In this document: positions 55,547 to 64,000 of the stretch, piece by piece | How the letters are laid out: each line of letters starts with the position of its first letter | How positions within the stretch are numbered: the stretch's first letter is position 1 | Source: Planctomycetota bacterium | Lineage (GTDB): Bacteria > Planctomycetota > UBA1135 | NCBI GenBank assembly: GCA_021776795.1 | Contig: JAJFFC010000012.1 | Span: 174,724-238,723, forward strand | Length of the DNA: 64,000 bases | Direction: 5' to 3' | Translations under genes and position numbers: made by a program | The notes under the pieces: model-generated | The model's database searches: none | Told to the model about the DNA's origin: nothing | The model's input: only the letters and a program-made list of their open reading frames with translations

Positions 55547-56366
55547 TTCGTGGACGCTTTTCGAAGTATTCGTCGAGGCTACCGCGGAAGTTCTCTAAGT
55601 CTTCGTCGACGGGGGTGGCCTCGTGGGTGAATGGAGTCTCCGTGGGTGGCGCGTCGGCCGTGCCCGTGGGAACTCGCTGGCCAGAATAGCAGGCACGTAG
55701 GACTTCGCCGACCGTCTTCTGCGGCATCGTTTGCTCCTGGGCGATCACGCGAATGAGCTCCTTGGTGCTATTCCACCACAGGTAGATGGCCATGATGAGG
55801 CCCAACCAAAAGGCACCAAAGTAGATGGCGGAGAGAAGCACGATTAAGGCCAGCCAGCGTGCGATGCGCACCGTGGCATAGGTGGCGTCGACCATTGGGT
55901 TGTAGCTCGCAAACCAGGATCGCAGCAGACGGCCGCCGTCGAGCGGGAACGCGGGGACGAGATTGCCGAGCCCGAAGACCAAGTTGATCCACAGCGCAAT
56001 CTCTGCCCATTGGCCGGGAAGAAATAAGCACAGACCCGCTAGGAATAGGTTGGCCACTGGCCCCGCTGCGGCAACTGGAGCCTCGAGCCCAGGCCTAAAC
56101 AGGCTCCCACGCATGCGTGCCATGCCACCAAAGGGCGTAATCGTGATGTCGATGACCTCTAGCCCGAGTACGCGGGCCACGAGGGCGTGCGCCAACTCAT
56201 GCACCAGAAGGGAGATAGCGACAATCAGGAACAGGCCTGCAATCAGCCAGAAACTGCTTCCACCCGCCCCAGCCATAGCAAAGGCCAGGAAAAGGACCGG
56301 AATCAACGCCGGAACCACCAAAATTGGGATTCCGAACAGCTGACCGCAGCGGGCAGGAGCAAACAT
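55536..56366 (-). CDS. M50-family (site-2 protease-like) membrane metalloprotease
   Basis: 276 aa polytopic protein. HELAHALVAR (HExxH) inside a TM helix, and a downstream LGNLVPAFPLDGGR motif. Confidence 0.8.
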   Translation of the reverse strand: MFAPARCGQLFGIPILVVPALIPVLFLAFAMAGAGGSSFWLIAGLFLIVAISLLVHELAHALVARVLGLEVIDITITPFGGMARMRGSLFRPGLEAPVAAAGPVANLFLAGLCLFLPGQWAEIALWINLVFGLGNLVPAFPLDGGRLLRSWFASYNPMVDATYATVRIARWLALIVLLSAIYFGAFWLGLIMAIYLWWNSTKELIRVIAQEQTMPQKTVGEVLRACYSGQRVPTGTADAPPTETPFTHEATPVDEDLENFRGSLDEYFEKRPRNDS

Positions 56367-56374
56367 GTATTCGC

Positions 56375-56380
56375 AGTCTT
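56375..56380 (-). promoter_or_regulatory. -10-like hexamer AAGACT (minus strand) upstream of the M50 protease gene
   Basis: The reverse complement of AGTCTT. Lies 8 nt before ATG 56366. Confidence 0.2.
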
Positions 56381-56415
56381 GTGCGGGCCGCGGCTACCGC
56401 AGTCCTCATCTAGAG

Positions 56416-56421
56416 GATACT
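56416..56421 (+). promoter_or_regulatory. -10-like hexamer GATACT upstream of the 540-aa secreted protein gene
   Basis: Lies 9 nt before ATG 56431. The intervening CTGTCCTAG has no Shine-Dalgarno. Confidence 0.25.
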
Positions 56422-56430
56422 CTGTCCTAG

Positions 56431-58053
56431 ATGGAATTCCTGCGACGTCTCCTCCCTACCCTGGTGATTGCGCTGGCCGTCTGCTCCCTCACGCCAACGG
56501 CGCACGGGCAGATATACGCCATGCACTTCAAGGACCCCAAGCATGCCAAGGGGTACAAGAAAAATCTCTACGACCTCAACGGCGAGAGCGTGGTTCTGGT
56601 CGAAATCCGCGGCGGCATCGAGAACATCGATGGCGTCATGACCTGGCCCCAGAATGGTCGCGTGGAGTTTTATGTCCAGGACCCGGCCAACCCTTCCAAG
56701 TTGGCCTACAAGCTCGACGAAGAGGGCAACAAAGTTTCTGATACCAAGAGTTTGGTGATTGGCATTGGCGGCGAACGCTTGAAGGGCTTATCTCCCTTTT
56801 TGATTAACGAGAGTTTTTACACGCTGGCCAGAACCTATGAGCGCAAGCTCGCCACCATCGAGGCTTTGGAAGAGCGTCGTGAGGCTGCCGAGAAGGGTGG
56901 GCCAGCCTGGATGGCGGCGCAGACCTCGATTTCGCAGGAACTGACCTTGATGCAACTTTGGTTGCGCCAAACCGGGTATCCCAAGGCCGCAAACAAGTTG
57001 GATCGAGACTTAATGCGAGCACGCAAGTTGGCGAAGGAAGCCAAAGATTCGCGTGCAGCTCGGGCGCTCGAAAGCGTGAAGGAGATTGACACTCCGGAAA
57101 AGCTCACCGAGGTAGCCAAACGATTAGGGGGCTCGACGCTGGAGTTCCATGCCCAGGAATCGAAGCATCTGCGCATTCTCTATCACACCGGCATTGAAGA
57201 TGTCTTAGTGACGCATCTGCTCGAGCTTGGTGAACAAGCGATCGAGGACTACCGCAATCGCCATGTCGATCCTCACCTTTCCGAGACCTTCAAGGATACG
57301 ATTCCGGATGGTCGTTTGATTGAATGGTTCTTCTCTACCGATGACCGCATGCTGCAGGAACACCTGTGGATTGAGTACTACGGCTACGGTTGGGGGCCAG
57401 AGGCGCGCAAACGCGAGGCTTTGCAGTCCGCGGGTACCGGGCAAATGCGCAAGAACGAATACATTAGTTATTGGCGCACCGATGAGACCAGCGACCTCGA
57501 AGGCATCATCTTGCACACCACGGGTCATCAACTGGCACGTTGGCACTATGGCATCAAGGGCGATACCGCCGATTGGCTTGAAGAAGGCGCTGGCTATGAG
57601 CTGTCCTTCCGCTTGCTAGGTCGTAACAACGTGACTTGCCGTGCGTTTAAGCCACCCAAAAAGCTCGAAGGCACGGTGTCTACGGGCGATGGCCGCAAGA
57701 ACAAGGGCTCAGAAACCGTCACCAAGACCGTCATGCGTGGTTTGCAAGAAACCATGGCGCAGGTGGCTTTGGCTTCCCCGGTTCCCTTCCCGCGCTTGGC
57801 TCCGAAGCGCCTGTATGACTTTGGCAATGAAGATATGGCCAAGTCTTGGGCCTTCTACAATTTCTTGATTGGCAGTGGGGACATCCGCGGCGAACTTTGG
57901 CTGCGTCAGGTCACCAAGGCCGCACAGGCGCCGTCTACTTTCCAGAACAAGCTGCGCGAAATCACCGCGGAAGTTTATGGCTTCCAGGGCGATGCCATGG
58001 GTGGCTTGGAAGAAGCGTGGGCCGAGTGGACCCGCGACACCTACGGCCTCTAA
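56431..58053 (+). CDS. secreted protein with a degenerate zincin-like (DUF1570/peptidase-MA-like) motif
   Basis: 540 aa. Signal LLPTLVIALAVCSLTPTAHG. LHTTGHQLARW...DWLEEGAGYE resembles HE-x-x-HQ...W-x-x-EG-x-A-x-Y-x-E, with the catalytic Glu replaced by Thr. Confidence 0.5.
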   Translation: MEFLRRLLPTLVIALAVCSLTPTAHGQIYAMHFKDPKHAKGYKKNLYDLNGESVVLVEIRGGIENIDGVMTWPQNGRVEFYVQDPANPSKLAYKLDEEGNKVSDTKSLVIGIGGERLKGLSPFLINESFYTLARTYERKLATIEALEERREAAEKGGPAWMAAQTSISQELTLMQLWLRQTGYPKAANKLDRDLMRARKLAKEAKDSRAARALESVKEIDTPEKLTEVAKRLGGSTLEFHAQESKHLRILYHTGIEDVLVTHLLELGEQAIEDYRNRHVDPHLSETFKDTIPDGRLIEWFFSTDDRMLQEHLWIEYYGYGWGPEARKREALQSAGTGQMRKNEYISYWRTDETSDLEGIILHTTGHQLARWHYGIKGDTADWLEEGAGYELSFRLLGRNNVTCRAFKPPKKLEGTVSTGDGRKNKGSETVTKTVMRGLQETMAQVALASPVPFPRLAPKRLYDFGNEDMAKSWAFYNFLIGSGDIRGELWLRQVTKAAQAPSTFQNKLREITAEVYGFQGDAMGGLEEAWAEWTRDTYGL

Positions 58054-58065
58054 TTCGGCGAGCCT

Positions 58066-59859
58066 TTACTCCTTTGAGCGCAGGCGTTCCTTCTCGCGCA
58101 GGAGGCGCTTGCGCAGGCGCAAGGACTCTGGGGTGACCTCGAGCAGCTCATCGGCAGCAAGGTACTCTAGAAACTGTTCCAAGCTCAGCTGGCGTGGGGC
58201 GCGAATGCTTTCGGTGGTGTCCTTGCCGGCGGCGCGCATATTGCTCATTTTCTTGGCGCGGACCACGTTGACGGCAATGTCTTTGTCCTTGTTGTTCTCG
58301 CCGACGACCATGCCTTCGTAGATTTGGTCCCCGCCGGTCACAAAGAATACGCCACGGTCTTCTAAGTTGCGCAGGGAGTAGCCTGTCGCTTGGCCGCTAT
58401 CCGAAGCCACCAAAACGCCGCGGTGGCGGGTGATGATTTCTCCCGAATAGGGTCGGTACTGAGATGGAATCGAAGCCAAGACCCCTTCGCCGCGGCTCAA
58501 GGTAAGCACGGTGGAGCGGGCACCGAGCAAGCCACGCGTTGGGACTTCCATGTGCAGTGTGGCGCGATCGCCGCGGCGCTCCATGTCGGTGATTTCGGCA
58601 CCACGATTGCCGAAGAACTCAATCACCCGACCAACCGCATCTTCCGGCAAGTCGAGGCGGGCGTTCTCCCATGGCTCCTGCATCTTGCCATCGATTTCCT
58701 TGGTCAAGACGCGTGGTGAACCCACGGCGAACTCATATCCTTCACGGCGCATGTTCTCGATCAAAATGCCGAGGTGCAGGACACCACGGCCAGCGACCAA
58801 CATGCCGCCAGATTCGCCCTGGCGAATGCGCAATGCCGGGTCAATCATAGAGGCGCGATTGAGACGCTCTTGCACCTGGCGCGAAGTGACGAACTGCCCT
58901 TCTTTGCCGGCGAAGGGGGAGTCGTTGACGAGGAAAGCCATTTCAATCGTGGGCTCTTCCACGGTAATCGGCGGCAAAGGTTCCACCACCTCGAGATCGC
59001 AAAGGGAGTCCCCCAAGCCAAACTCGCCGAGGCCAGCAACCGAAGCAATGTCGCCAGCTTCGACGACCTCGGCATCTTGACGCTCGAGGCCGACGATGCG
59101 GTAGAGCTCCTTAATTTTGCCGCGTGTGCGCTTGCCATCGTTGTGGACCCAGGCGACCTCATCGCCTTTCCTCATGCGCCCGCGCAACACTCTGCCGATG
59201 CCAATGCGGCCGACGAAATCGGACCAGTCCAAAGTGGCGATTTGGAACCGTAGAGGGCCATCGGCGTCGACTTCGGGACCAGGGAAAACCTTGAGGATGA
59301 GGTCGAGCATCGGCGCCATGTCGGTGCCGGGGACATGCTCATCCATGCTCGCCCAACGGTCGCGGGCGGAGCAGTAAATCACCGGGAAATCCAGCGCCAG
59401 TTCATCGGCACCAAGCTCCACGAAGAGATCGAAGACTTCGCCAAGCACGGCATCGGCGCGTGCGTCTTGGCGGTCCATCTTGTTGACCACGACTAGGGGG
59501 CGCAGGTGATTCTCAAATGCTTTCTGAATCACAAAACGGGTTTGCGGCATGACGCCTTCGAAGGCATCGACGACCAGCAACACGCCATCGGCCATCGACA
59601 ACACACGTTCGACTTGACCACCAAAGTCGGCGTGGCCTGGGGTGTCAATCAAATTGACGCGCACCCCTTTCCAATCCAGCGAAGCATTCTTCGACAGAAT
59701 CGTAATGCCGCGCTCGCGTTCGAGGTCATTGCGGTCCATAACCCGGTCCGCACCTGCTTGGTTTCGGTCTAGACTTCCCGCGGCGCGGAATAGCCCATCA
59801 ACCAGGGTGGTTTTTCCATGGTCGACATGGGCGATGATCGCAACATTGCGGAGTTCCAT
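58066..59859 (-). CDS. typA: translational GTPase TypA/BipA
   Basis: 597 aa. [25 protein letters not shown] and VVNKMDR. EF-G-like domains. The ATG directly abuts the mlaD stop. Confidence 0.97.
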   Translation of the reverse strand: MELRNVAIIAHVDHGKTTLVDGLFRAAGSLDRNQAGADRVMDRNDLERERGITILSKNASLDWKGVRVNLIDTPGHADFGGQVERVLSMADGVLLVVDAFEGVMPQTRFVIQKAFENHLRPLVVVNKMDRQDARADAVLGEVFDLFVELGADELALDFPVIYCSARDRWASMDEHVPGTDMAPMLDLILKVFPGPEVDADGPLRFQIATLDWSDFVGRIGIGRVLRGRMRKGDEVAWVHNDGKRTRGKIKELYRIVGLERQDAEVVEAGDIASVAGLGEFGLGDSLCDLEVVEPLPPITVEEPTIEMAFLVNDSPFAGKEGQFVTSRQVQERLNRASMIDPALRIRQGESGGMLVAGRGVLHLGILIENMRREGYEFAVGSPRVLTKEIDGKMQEPWENARLDLPEDAVGRVIEFFGNRGAEITDMERRGDRATLHMEVPTRGLLGARSTVLTLSRGEGVLASIPSQYRPYSGEIITRHRGVLVASDSGQATGYSLRNLEDRGVFFVTGGDQIYEGMVVGENNKDKDIAVNVVRAKKMSNMRAAGKDTTESIRAPRQLSLEQFLEYLAADELLEVTPESLRLRKRLLREKERLRSKE

Positions 59860-60969
59860 TTAGAAGTTGCCGAAAAGCAGTTGAGTGAAGGTGCTGATGG
59901 GTTGCGCTTCGCGCGCATCCTCGAGTTGGCCATTGAGAGAACGGAGCGCTTGCACCAATTCTTCGTAGGCTTCATCTTCACTGAGCAGTCGCCCGAGGGA
60001 GCCTTCGCCGTCTTTGAGGCGGCGCGAGACTTCGGACAAGTTGGCAAGCAGTTCGCTTGCGTCATCGGCCAGGTCCTGATCAGAGATGAGTGTTCCAAGC
60101 AGGCCGGCGCCGCCCTCCTGGGCATCATGGAGAATCAGGTCAAGGCGGCCGGAAGCTTGCTCCAAATTATGCAGTAGCGCGGTGGCGTCTTCGCGCATAC
60201 CGGGATCATTTAATAGAGCGCCAATCAGGCCCTCGCCATCGCGGGCTGCGGTGAGCACGCCACGCAGGTCACCGGCGGCCGCGCCAGCATCTTCAATCAG
60301 GGCGATGACCTTCTCACGCGTGGCCTCGTCCTGGAGCAGGGCGCCGAGGGTGCCCTTGCCGTCTTTAAGGTCCTCCATCAGGGTGGAGAGGTCTAAAACC
60401 GTGCTGCTGACGTTGTCACGCAGCTCCTCGTCGTGAATGAGCGCGCCGAGGACACCTTTGCCTTGGGCGACGTCATCGGAGGCCGTGACCAAGTTGTCGA
60501 TTAGCTGCTTGACGCCCTCGCGGTTCTCGCCAATCAGGGAGTTTAGGCTTTCGAGCGCGGATTCATCGACGGTGCCCACCAGTTCGATGCCTTCAGCGAG
60601 GGGTGGATTTTCGCTCGGACCGGGGTCAATTTCGACCACGCGGCCACCCAAGACCGTAAATTCGGCCACACGCATGGTGTATCCCTCGTGCAAATTCGGC
60701 GGCTCTTCAAACTCCATGCTCACGCCAATCCGCGTGGCGAAGGGGCGCTGATCGTAATACTGAATATCGCGCACGGTGCCAATCGGGCGCCCTGCAACCA
60801 GGACCGCGTCGCCATTCTTCAGGCCACGAGCGTCGGGGAAGTAGGCCTCGAGTTGGGTCTTGTCGGCAAGGCTAAAGCCAGTCAAGACGATGGTGTAGTA
60901 AAGCAACAGGGCCAGTGCGCCAAAGAAGGCGAGGCCAAGAGCAAAATCGCGGCTACGAGTCGATTCCAT
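59860..60969 (-). CDS. mlaD: MCE/MlaD-family periplasmic lipid-transport protein with a C-terminal repeat region
   Basis: 369 aa from ATG 60969, one nt after the mlaF stop (the ORF extends to 61110). TM anchor [20 protein letters not shown] domain [17 protein letters not shown], then five G-x-G-x-LG-x-L-h-x-D repeats. Confidence 0.8.
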   Translation of the reverse strand: MESTRSRDFALGLAFFGALALLLYYTIVLTGFSLADKTQLEAYFPDARGLKNGDAVLVAGRPIGTVRDIQYYDQRPFATRIGVSMEFEEPPNLHEGYTMRVAEFTVLGGRVVEIDPGPSENPPLAEGIELVGTVDESALESLNSLIGENREGVKQLIDNLVTASDDVAQGKGVLGALIHDEELRDNVSSTVLDLSTLMEDLKDGKGTLGALLQDEATREKVIALIEDAGAAAGDLRGVLTAARDGEGLIGALLNDPGMREDATALLHNLEQASGRLDLILHDAQEGGAGLLGTLISDQDLADDASELLANLSEVSRRLKDGEGSLGRLLSEDEAYEELVQALRSLNGQLEDAREAQPISTFTQLLFGNF

Positions 60970-60970
60970 G

Positions 60971-61699
60971 TCAATCAAGGGCGGCGCCAAGGAAAGTCTT
61001 GACGCGCGGGTGGTCGGAGTTGAGGACGTCGGTGGGTGGGCCGGCGATGAGGAACTGGCCATGTTCAAATACAGCCAAAGTGTCGGCGACGGTGACGGCG
61101 CAACTGACACTGTGGGTGACCGTGACCGAGGTCATCCCGAGCTCTTCTTTGAGGCGGCGCATCATTTTGGAAATGCTCGCCGACATCTCTGGGTCGAGCC
61201 CTGCCTCGGGCTCGTCATAAAGGATGATCTTGGGTTCGGTGACCAATGCGCGAGCGAGGCCCACACGTTTTTGCATGCCTCCGGAAATCTCACTCGGCAG
61301 CTTTTCGTGCGCCTCTTCCATCTGCACTAAGCCCAAAACCTTCTCGACTTGAGCGCGGATGTCCTTCTCCGATTGCGAAGTGGTTTCGCGTAGAGGAAGG
61401 GCCACATTGTCGTAGACCGAAAGCCAGTTGATTAGGGCGGAATGCTGGAATAGATAGCCCATGTCCATGCGCAAGCGTTGTAGGGCTTCTCGGTTATGGA
61501 TGTTCACGGTTTGGCCGAGGACCTCGACCTTGCCCTGATCTGGCTCTAATAGCCCAATCAGGTGCTTCAAAATCACACTCTTGCCGGAGCCGGAAGGGCC
61601 CATGATGACCAGCGATTGACCCTCATCGACCTCAAAGTTGAGGCCTTGCAATACCTTCTGCTTACCGAAGGCCTTGTGTACATCGATCATGCGAATCAT
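60971..61699 (-). CDS. mlaF: ABC transporter ATP-binding protein, MlaF-like
   Basis: 242 aa. Walker A GPSGSGKS, signature LSGGMQKRVGLARAL, Walker B ILYDEPEAGLD. Confidence 0.9.
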   Translation of the reverse strand: MIRMIDVHKAFGKQKVLQGLNFEVDEGQSLVIMGPSGSGKSVILKHLIGLLEPDQGKVEVLGQTVNIHNREALQRLRMDMGYLFQHSALINWLSVYDNVALPLRETTSQSEKDIRAQVEKVLGLVQMEEAHEKLPSEISGGMQKRVGLARALVTEPKIILYDEPEAGLDPEMSASISKMMRRLKEELGMTSVTVTHSVSCAVTVADTLAVFEHGQFLIAGPPTDVLNSDHPRVKTFLGAALD

Positions 61700-62490
61700 G
61701 TGTACACAATCTTGCCGAGGAAGAAGTTCAAGACAATGATCAAGATAATCGAGTTGCGTACAGCAGAGCGCGTCGATTCTCCCACGCCACTAGCGCCGTG
61801 GCGTGCGCGCAGGCCACTGGCGCAGCCAACCACGGCAATCGCAAAGCCGAAGATGGTGGCTTTAATCAATCCGGAATACACCGAACGTGGCAAGCCAGCA
61901 AAACTGCGATCGGACAATGCGGAGAGTGCGTTGCGCACATAGCCGTCGAAATCGAGACCAAGTTGGGTATAGGCAATGATGCCGCCACCCACAATGCCAA
62001 TGATGTTGGCAAAGATGGTCAGGATTGGGGCCATTAAGGTCAGCGCCAAGATGCGTGGCAACACTAAATAACTGGTGACATCGACCGACATCACTTCCAG
62101 CGCGGTCACTTCTTCCTGCACGCGCATCGTGCCGATTTCCGCAGCCATAGCACTGGCAACCGAAGCGGCAAGGATGACGGCAGTCATGACCGGCCCCATT
62201 TCGCGCACCATCGACACCGCCACCGCAAGGCCCACGGCCTCTTGTTGGCCATATCGGGCCAGCTCAAAGCCGAGCTGTAGCGACAGAATCATGCCGATGA
62301 AAAAGCTCACAAAGAGCACCACCGGAGCGGACTTAATCCCGCCCAAATGCATTTGGTCGAACAACAGTCGCCGACGCTTGGGCAAATGGTGCAAGCGCGC
62401 CAAAGTCCGCCCGGCCACGCCCATGGCGAAGCCGGCGTTCTCGATGGCGGGAGCTAGCAGGGTAGCCCCAGTGCGGGAAATGAAGTTCAT
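61696..62490 (-). CDS. mlaE: ABC transporter permease, MlaE-like
   Basis: 264 aa with the typical MlaE/Ttg2B pattern (VREMGPVMTAVILA, IGTMRVQEEVTALEVM). 4-nt overlaps at both ends. Confidence 0.9.
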   Translation of the reverse strand: MNFISRTGATLLAPAIENAGFAMGVAGRTLARLHHLPKRRRLLFDQMHLGGIKSAPVVLFVSFFIGMILSLQLGFELARYGQQEAVGLAVAVSMVREMGPVMTAVILAASVASAMAAEIGTMRVQEEVTALEVMSVDVTSYLVLPRILALTLMAPILTIFANIIGIVGGGIIAYTQLGLDFDGYVRNALSALSDRSFAGLPRSVYSGLIKATIFGFAIAVVGCASGLRARHGASGVGESTRSAVRNSIILIIVLNFFLGKIVYT

Positions 62491-63956
62491 GGCTGCTCGA
62501 CAGGGGCGAGACGATGGATATCTGGCCAGCCAGGTCCCGGGAAAGCGGGAGCCTCTAGACCGCCATCTTCACCACTTCTGGTGCGGATGAGCCCAAATAA
62601 CCACGAAGAGTGTACGGTGCCGTCGGGTTCGGTCCAACGACCGCCAATGATGGGCATGCTCCAGCGCTGATGCCCGCCGGCTTCGACTTCGTGGTAGAGG
62701 TTGAACCAGGCCCTTTTTTCTTTGACCGGGATCGGCTCAGGCACACTGCGGGCATGGCGCACCCACACCTCATAGAGCCAGCCGAAGCTGCGCGAGAGGT
62801 TGTCCGGTTCCAGCAGAATCGGAATGCCGAGGTCAAACACCCGAAGCAATTCACGCCGGCCCTGGTCGAAGCGGTACGAGGTAAAAGGCCAAATCCGCAA
62901 GTGCCGCTGCTTGCGCCCATCGTCGCGGGTGGTGGTCATATTCATGAACAAAGGCACAAAGTAATGGCCTTCGCGCTCCATGTTGTTGAACTGATCTGTG
63001 CGATGCCAAAAGAACGGCCACAGCACCGAGGTGTACTCGGTTTGTTCATTCTCATAATGTAACCAGAAGGGCAGCACGCGGGAGAGCTTGCGTTCTTCAT
63101 TGCGCCCACCTTCTTCCATTTTGATCAAGGGCCAAATACCCCATGACGAATAGCCGGAGCTCGGCCGTTTGGCCCAACCAAAGATTGGCGCCAAAATCGT
63201 TTGCGCTAAATAATCATCTTGGGTGGTGCGCCCATAAAACGGCCATAACATCCAGGCATTCTGCGGATGCTTGCGGTCGAGGTTGTTCTCGGCTTGGGTC
63301 CAAAACGGCCACAAGATGTACTTACGACGGTATTTGCCCGTGACTTCGGTTTCGCCGTAGAAGGGGAAGGCATGCCAGCCTACTTCGCTGCCGCGGACTT
63401 TGCCAAACAAAGGCCAGAGCCAATGGGTGCTGTGCCGCTCTTCCTTGTGATTCTCCAGGTACAACGGAAACAGGAAAAAGCTGAACTCGTCGTAGGTCAG
63501 GAAGTCGCGGCCGGTGCCAACGAAGGGGAAGAACCAAAAGTAGTCTTCCAAGCCATCGGAGCTAGAGCCGCCTGCAATCAGCCAGAACAGTAGCGACCAA
63601 TCATTGTCGCGGACGCCATCGGCACGCACCTCGGAACGGTAGGACCACAACGGGAATAGGCGGGCGTACGTGCGCGGGCGGTCTGGGTCATATTCATACA
63701 AACCCAAGCCGGCGAGTAGGCCAGCGCGGACGCGGCCATCGCCAAACACTTCGCGCCACATCAAGGGCTTGAGTGCCCACAAGATATCGTCGTCCTCGCG
63801 GTGATATTCCAGCAGGCCACCAAGGGCTTCGGCATGCTGGTAATCCGGCGCGGTGTGGCGGCTAATCAAGGGTGCCAGGTGCATTTCGGCATCTGGCGCG
63901 GCGCAAGACCCCAAGGCAACAGCCAATGCCAGGGCCAGACGTCTAAGGACGGACAT
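62487..63956 (-). CDS. lipoprotein built from about 15 [LFIV]-[WFAKVL]-P-[LFI]-hydrophobic repeats (unknown family)
   Basis: 489 aa. Signal plus lipobox LALAVALGSC. Motif Pro at residues 29, 64, 102, 144, 164, 182, 198, 217, 239, 257, 276, 296, 314, 335 and 357. Its stop overlaps the mlaE start. Confidence 0.55.
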   Translation of the reverse strand: MSVLRRLALALAVALGSCAAPDAEMHLAPLISRHTAPDYQHAEALGGLLEYHREDDDILWALKPLMWREVFGDGRVRAGLLAGLGLYEYDPDRPRTYARLFPLWSYRSEVRADGVRDNDWSLLFWLIAGGSSSDGLEDYFWFFPFVGTGRDFLTYDEFSFFLFPLYLENHKEERHSTHWLWPLFGKVRGSEVGWHAFPFYGETEVTGKYRRKYILWPFWTQAENNLDRKHPQNAWMLWPFYGRTTQDDYLAQTILAPIFGWAKRPSSGYSSWGIWPLIKMEEGGRNEERKLSRVLPFWLHYENEQTEYTSVLWPFFWHRTDQFNNMEREGHYFVPLFMNMTTTRDDGRKQRHLRIWPFTSYRFDQGRRELLRVFDLGIPILLEPDNLSRSFGWLYEVWVRHARSVPEPIPVKEKRAWFNLYHEVEAGGHQRWSMPIIGGRWTEPDGTVHSSWLFGLIRTRSGEDGGLEAPAFPGPGWPDIHRLAPVEQP

Positions 63957-64000
63957 GGGGAGATTGTAGGCTCCTAGACAGGTGCTTTCTCGCCTTCCCT

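Noticed and set aside
1-64000. Searched by eye for rRNA, tRNA, tmRNA/RNase P-sized non-coding gaps, CRISPR-like spaced direct repeats, and transposase, integrase, recombinase or phage ORFs.
   Set aside because: The largest non-coding gaps are about 200 bp (29661-29863), 183 bp (27131-27313) and 138 bp (45817-45954). None shows a cloverleaf or repeat-spacer structure. No ORF translation resembles a transposase or integrase. A covariance-model scan (tRNAscan-SE, Infernal/Rfam) would be the decisive check.

Overview
About 64 kb of high-GC chromosomal DNA. Hand-counted 60-nt lines are mostly 58-70% GC. It comes from a diderm (Gram-negative-type) bacterium that I cannot place taxonomically from the sequence alone. 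I call 56 protein-coding genes. Coding density is above 90%, 4-nt ATGA/GTGA/TTGA stop-start overlaps are frequent, and convergent genes are almost unspaced. I recognised no rRNA, tRNA, CRISPR array, transposase, integrase or prophage genes. Gene order is as follows. (a) A small Lys-rich membrane protein, then the rod-shape cluster mreB-mreC-mreD-mrdA(PBP2)-rodA. (b) Metabolic genes: tdh-kbl (threonine to glycine), acetoacetyl-CoA synthetase and ppsA. (c) A Cys/Met PLP enzyme with a divergent Lrp regulator, then a CBS-pair protein. (d) A long minus-strand run: two paralogous secreted TPR proteins, trkA, trkH, an orphan Dam-like DNA methyltransferase and a GAF/Cys-motif protein. (e) A divergent 968-aa Ig-like surface protein. 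(f) rpsO-pnp. (g) A Skp-like protein, a secretin and an oversized GspK-like protein. (h) purA, uppS-cdsA, phoH-ybeY, a sigma-28-type sigma factor, kdsA, a lipid kinase, an RmlD-like reductase and valS. (i) An FGE/SUMF1-domain protein, rluD with a FadL-like outer membrane protein, and a Kelch propeller. (j) A thioesterase divergent from a methylmalonyl-CoA epimerase / carboxyltransferase / biotin carboxylase / BCCP cluster. (k) A parvulin PPIase and an M50 protease, then a secreted protein with a degenerate zincin motif. (l) A minus-strand run of repeat lipoprotein, mlaE, mlaF, mlaD and typA. Four things deserve a second look. First, a sharp low-GC3 island covers only the body of the secretin gene, inside an orphan Skp-like/secretin/GspK-like trio. 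Second, trkA-trkH runs by stop-start overlap into an orphan N6-adenine methyltransferase and a GAF protein whose 5' end carries a C6-T-C8 tract. Third, a lipoprotein built from about 15 copies of a [LFIV]-[WFAKVL]-P-[LFI]-hydrophobic motif (W/F before the Pro in 10 of 15, ~19-aa period in the core) heads the mla operon, which ends directly in typA. Fourth, TA(G/T)A(A/C)T -10-like hexamers recur 5-13 nt upstream of start codons that lack Shine-Dalgarno sequences, including one overlapping bidirectional pair. All functional calls rest on my reading of the translated ORFs (motif and family recognition from memory). No database search was run.
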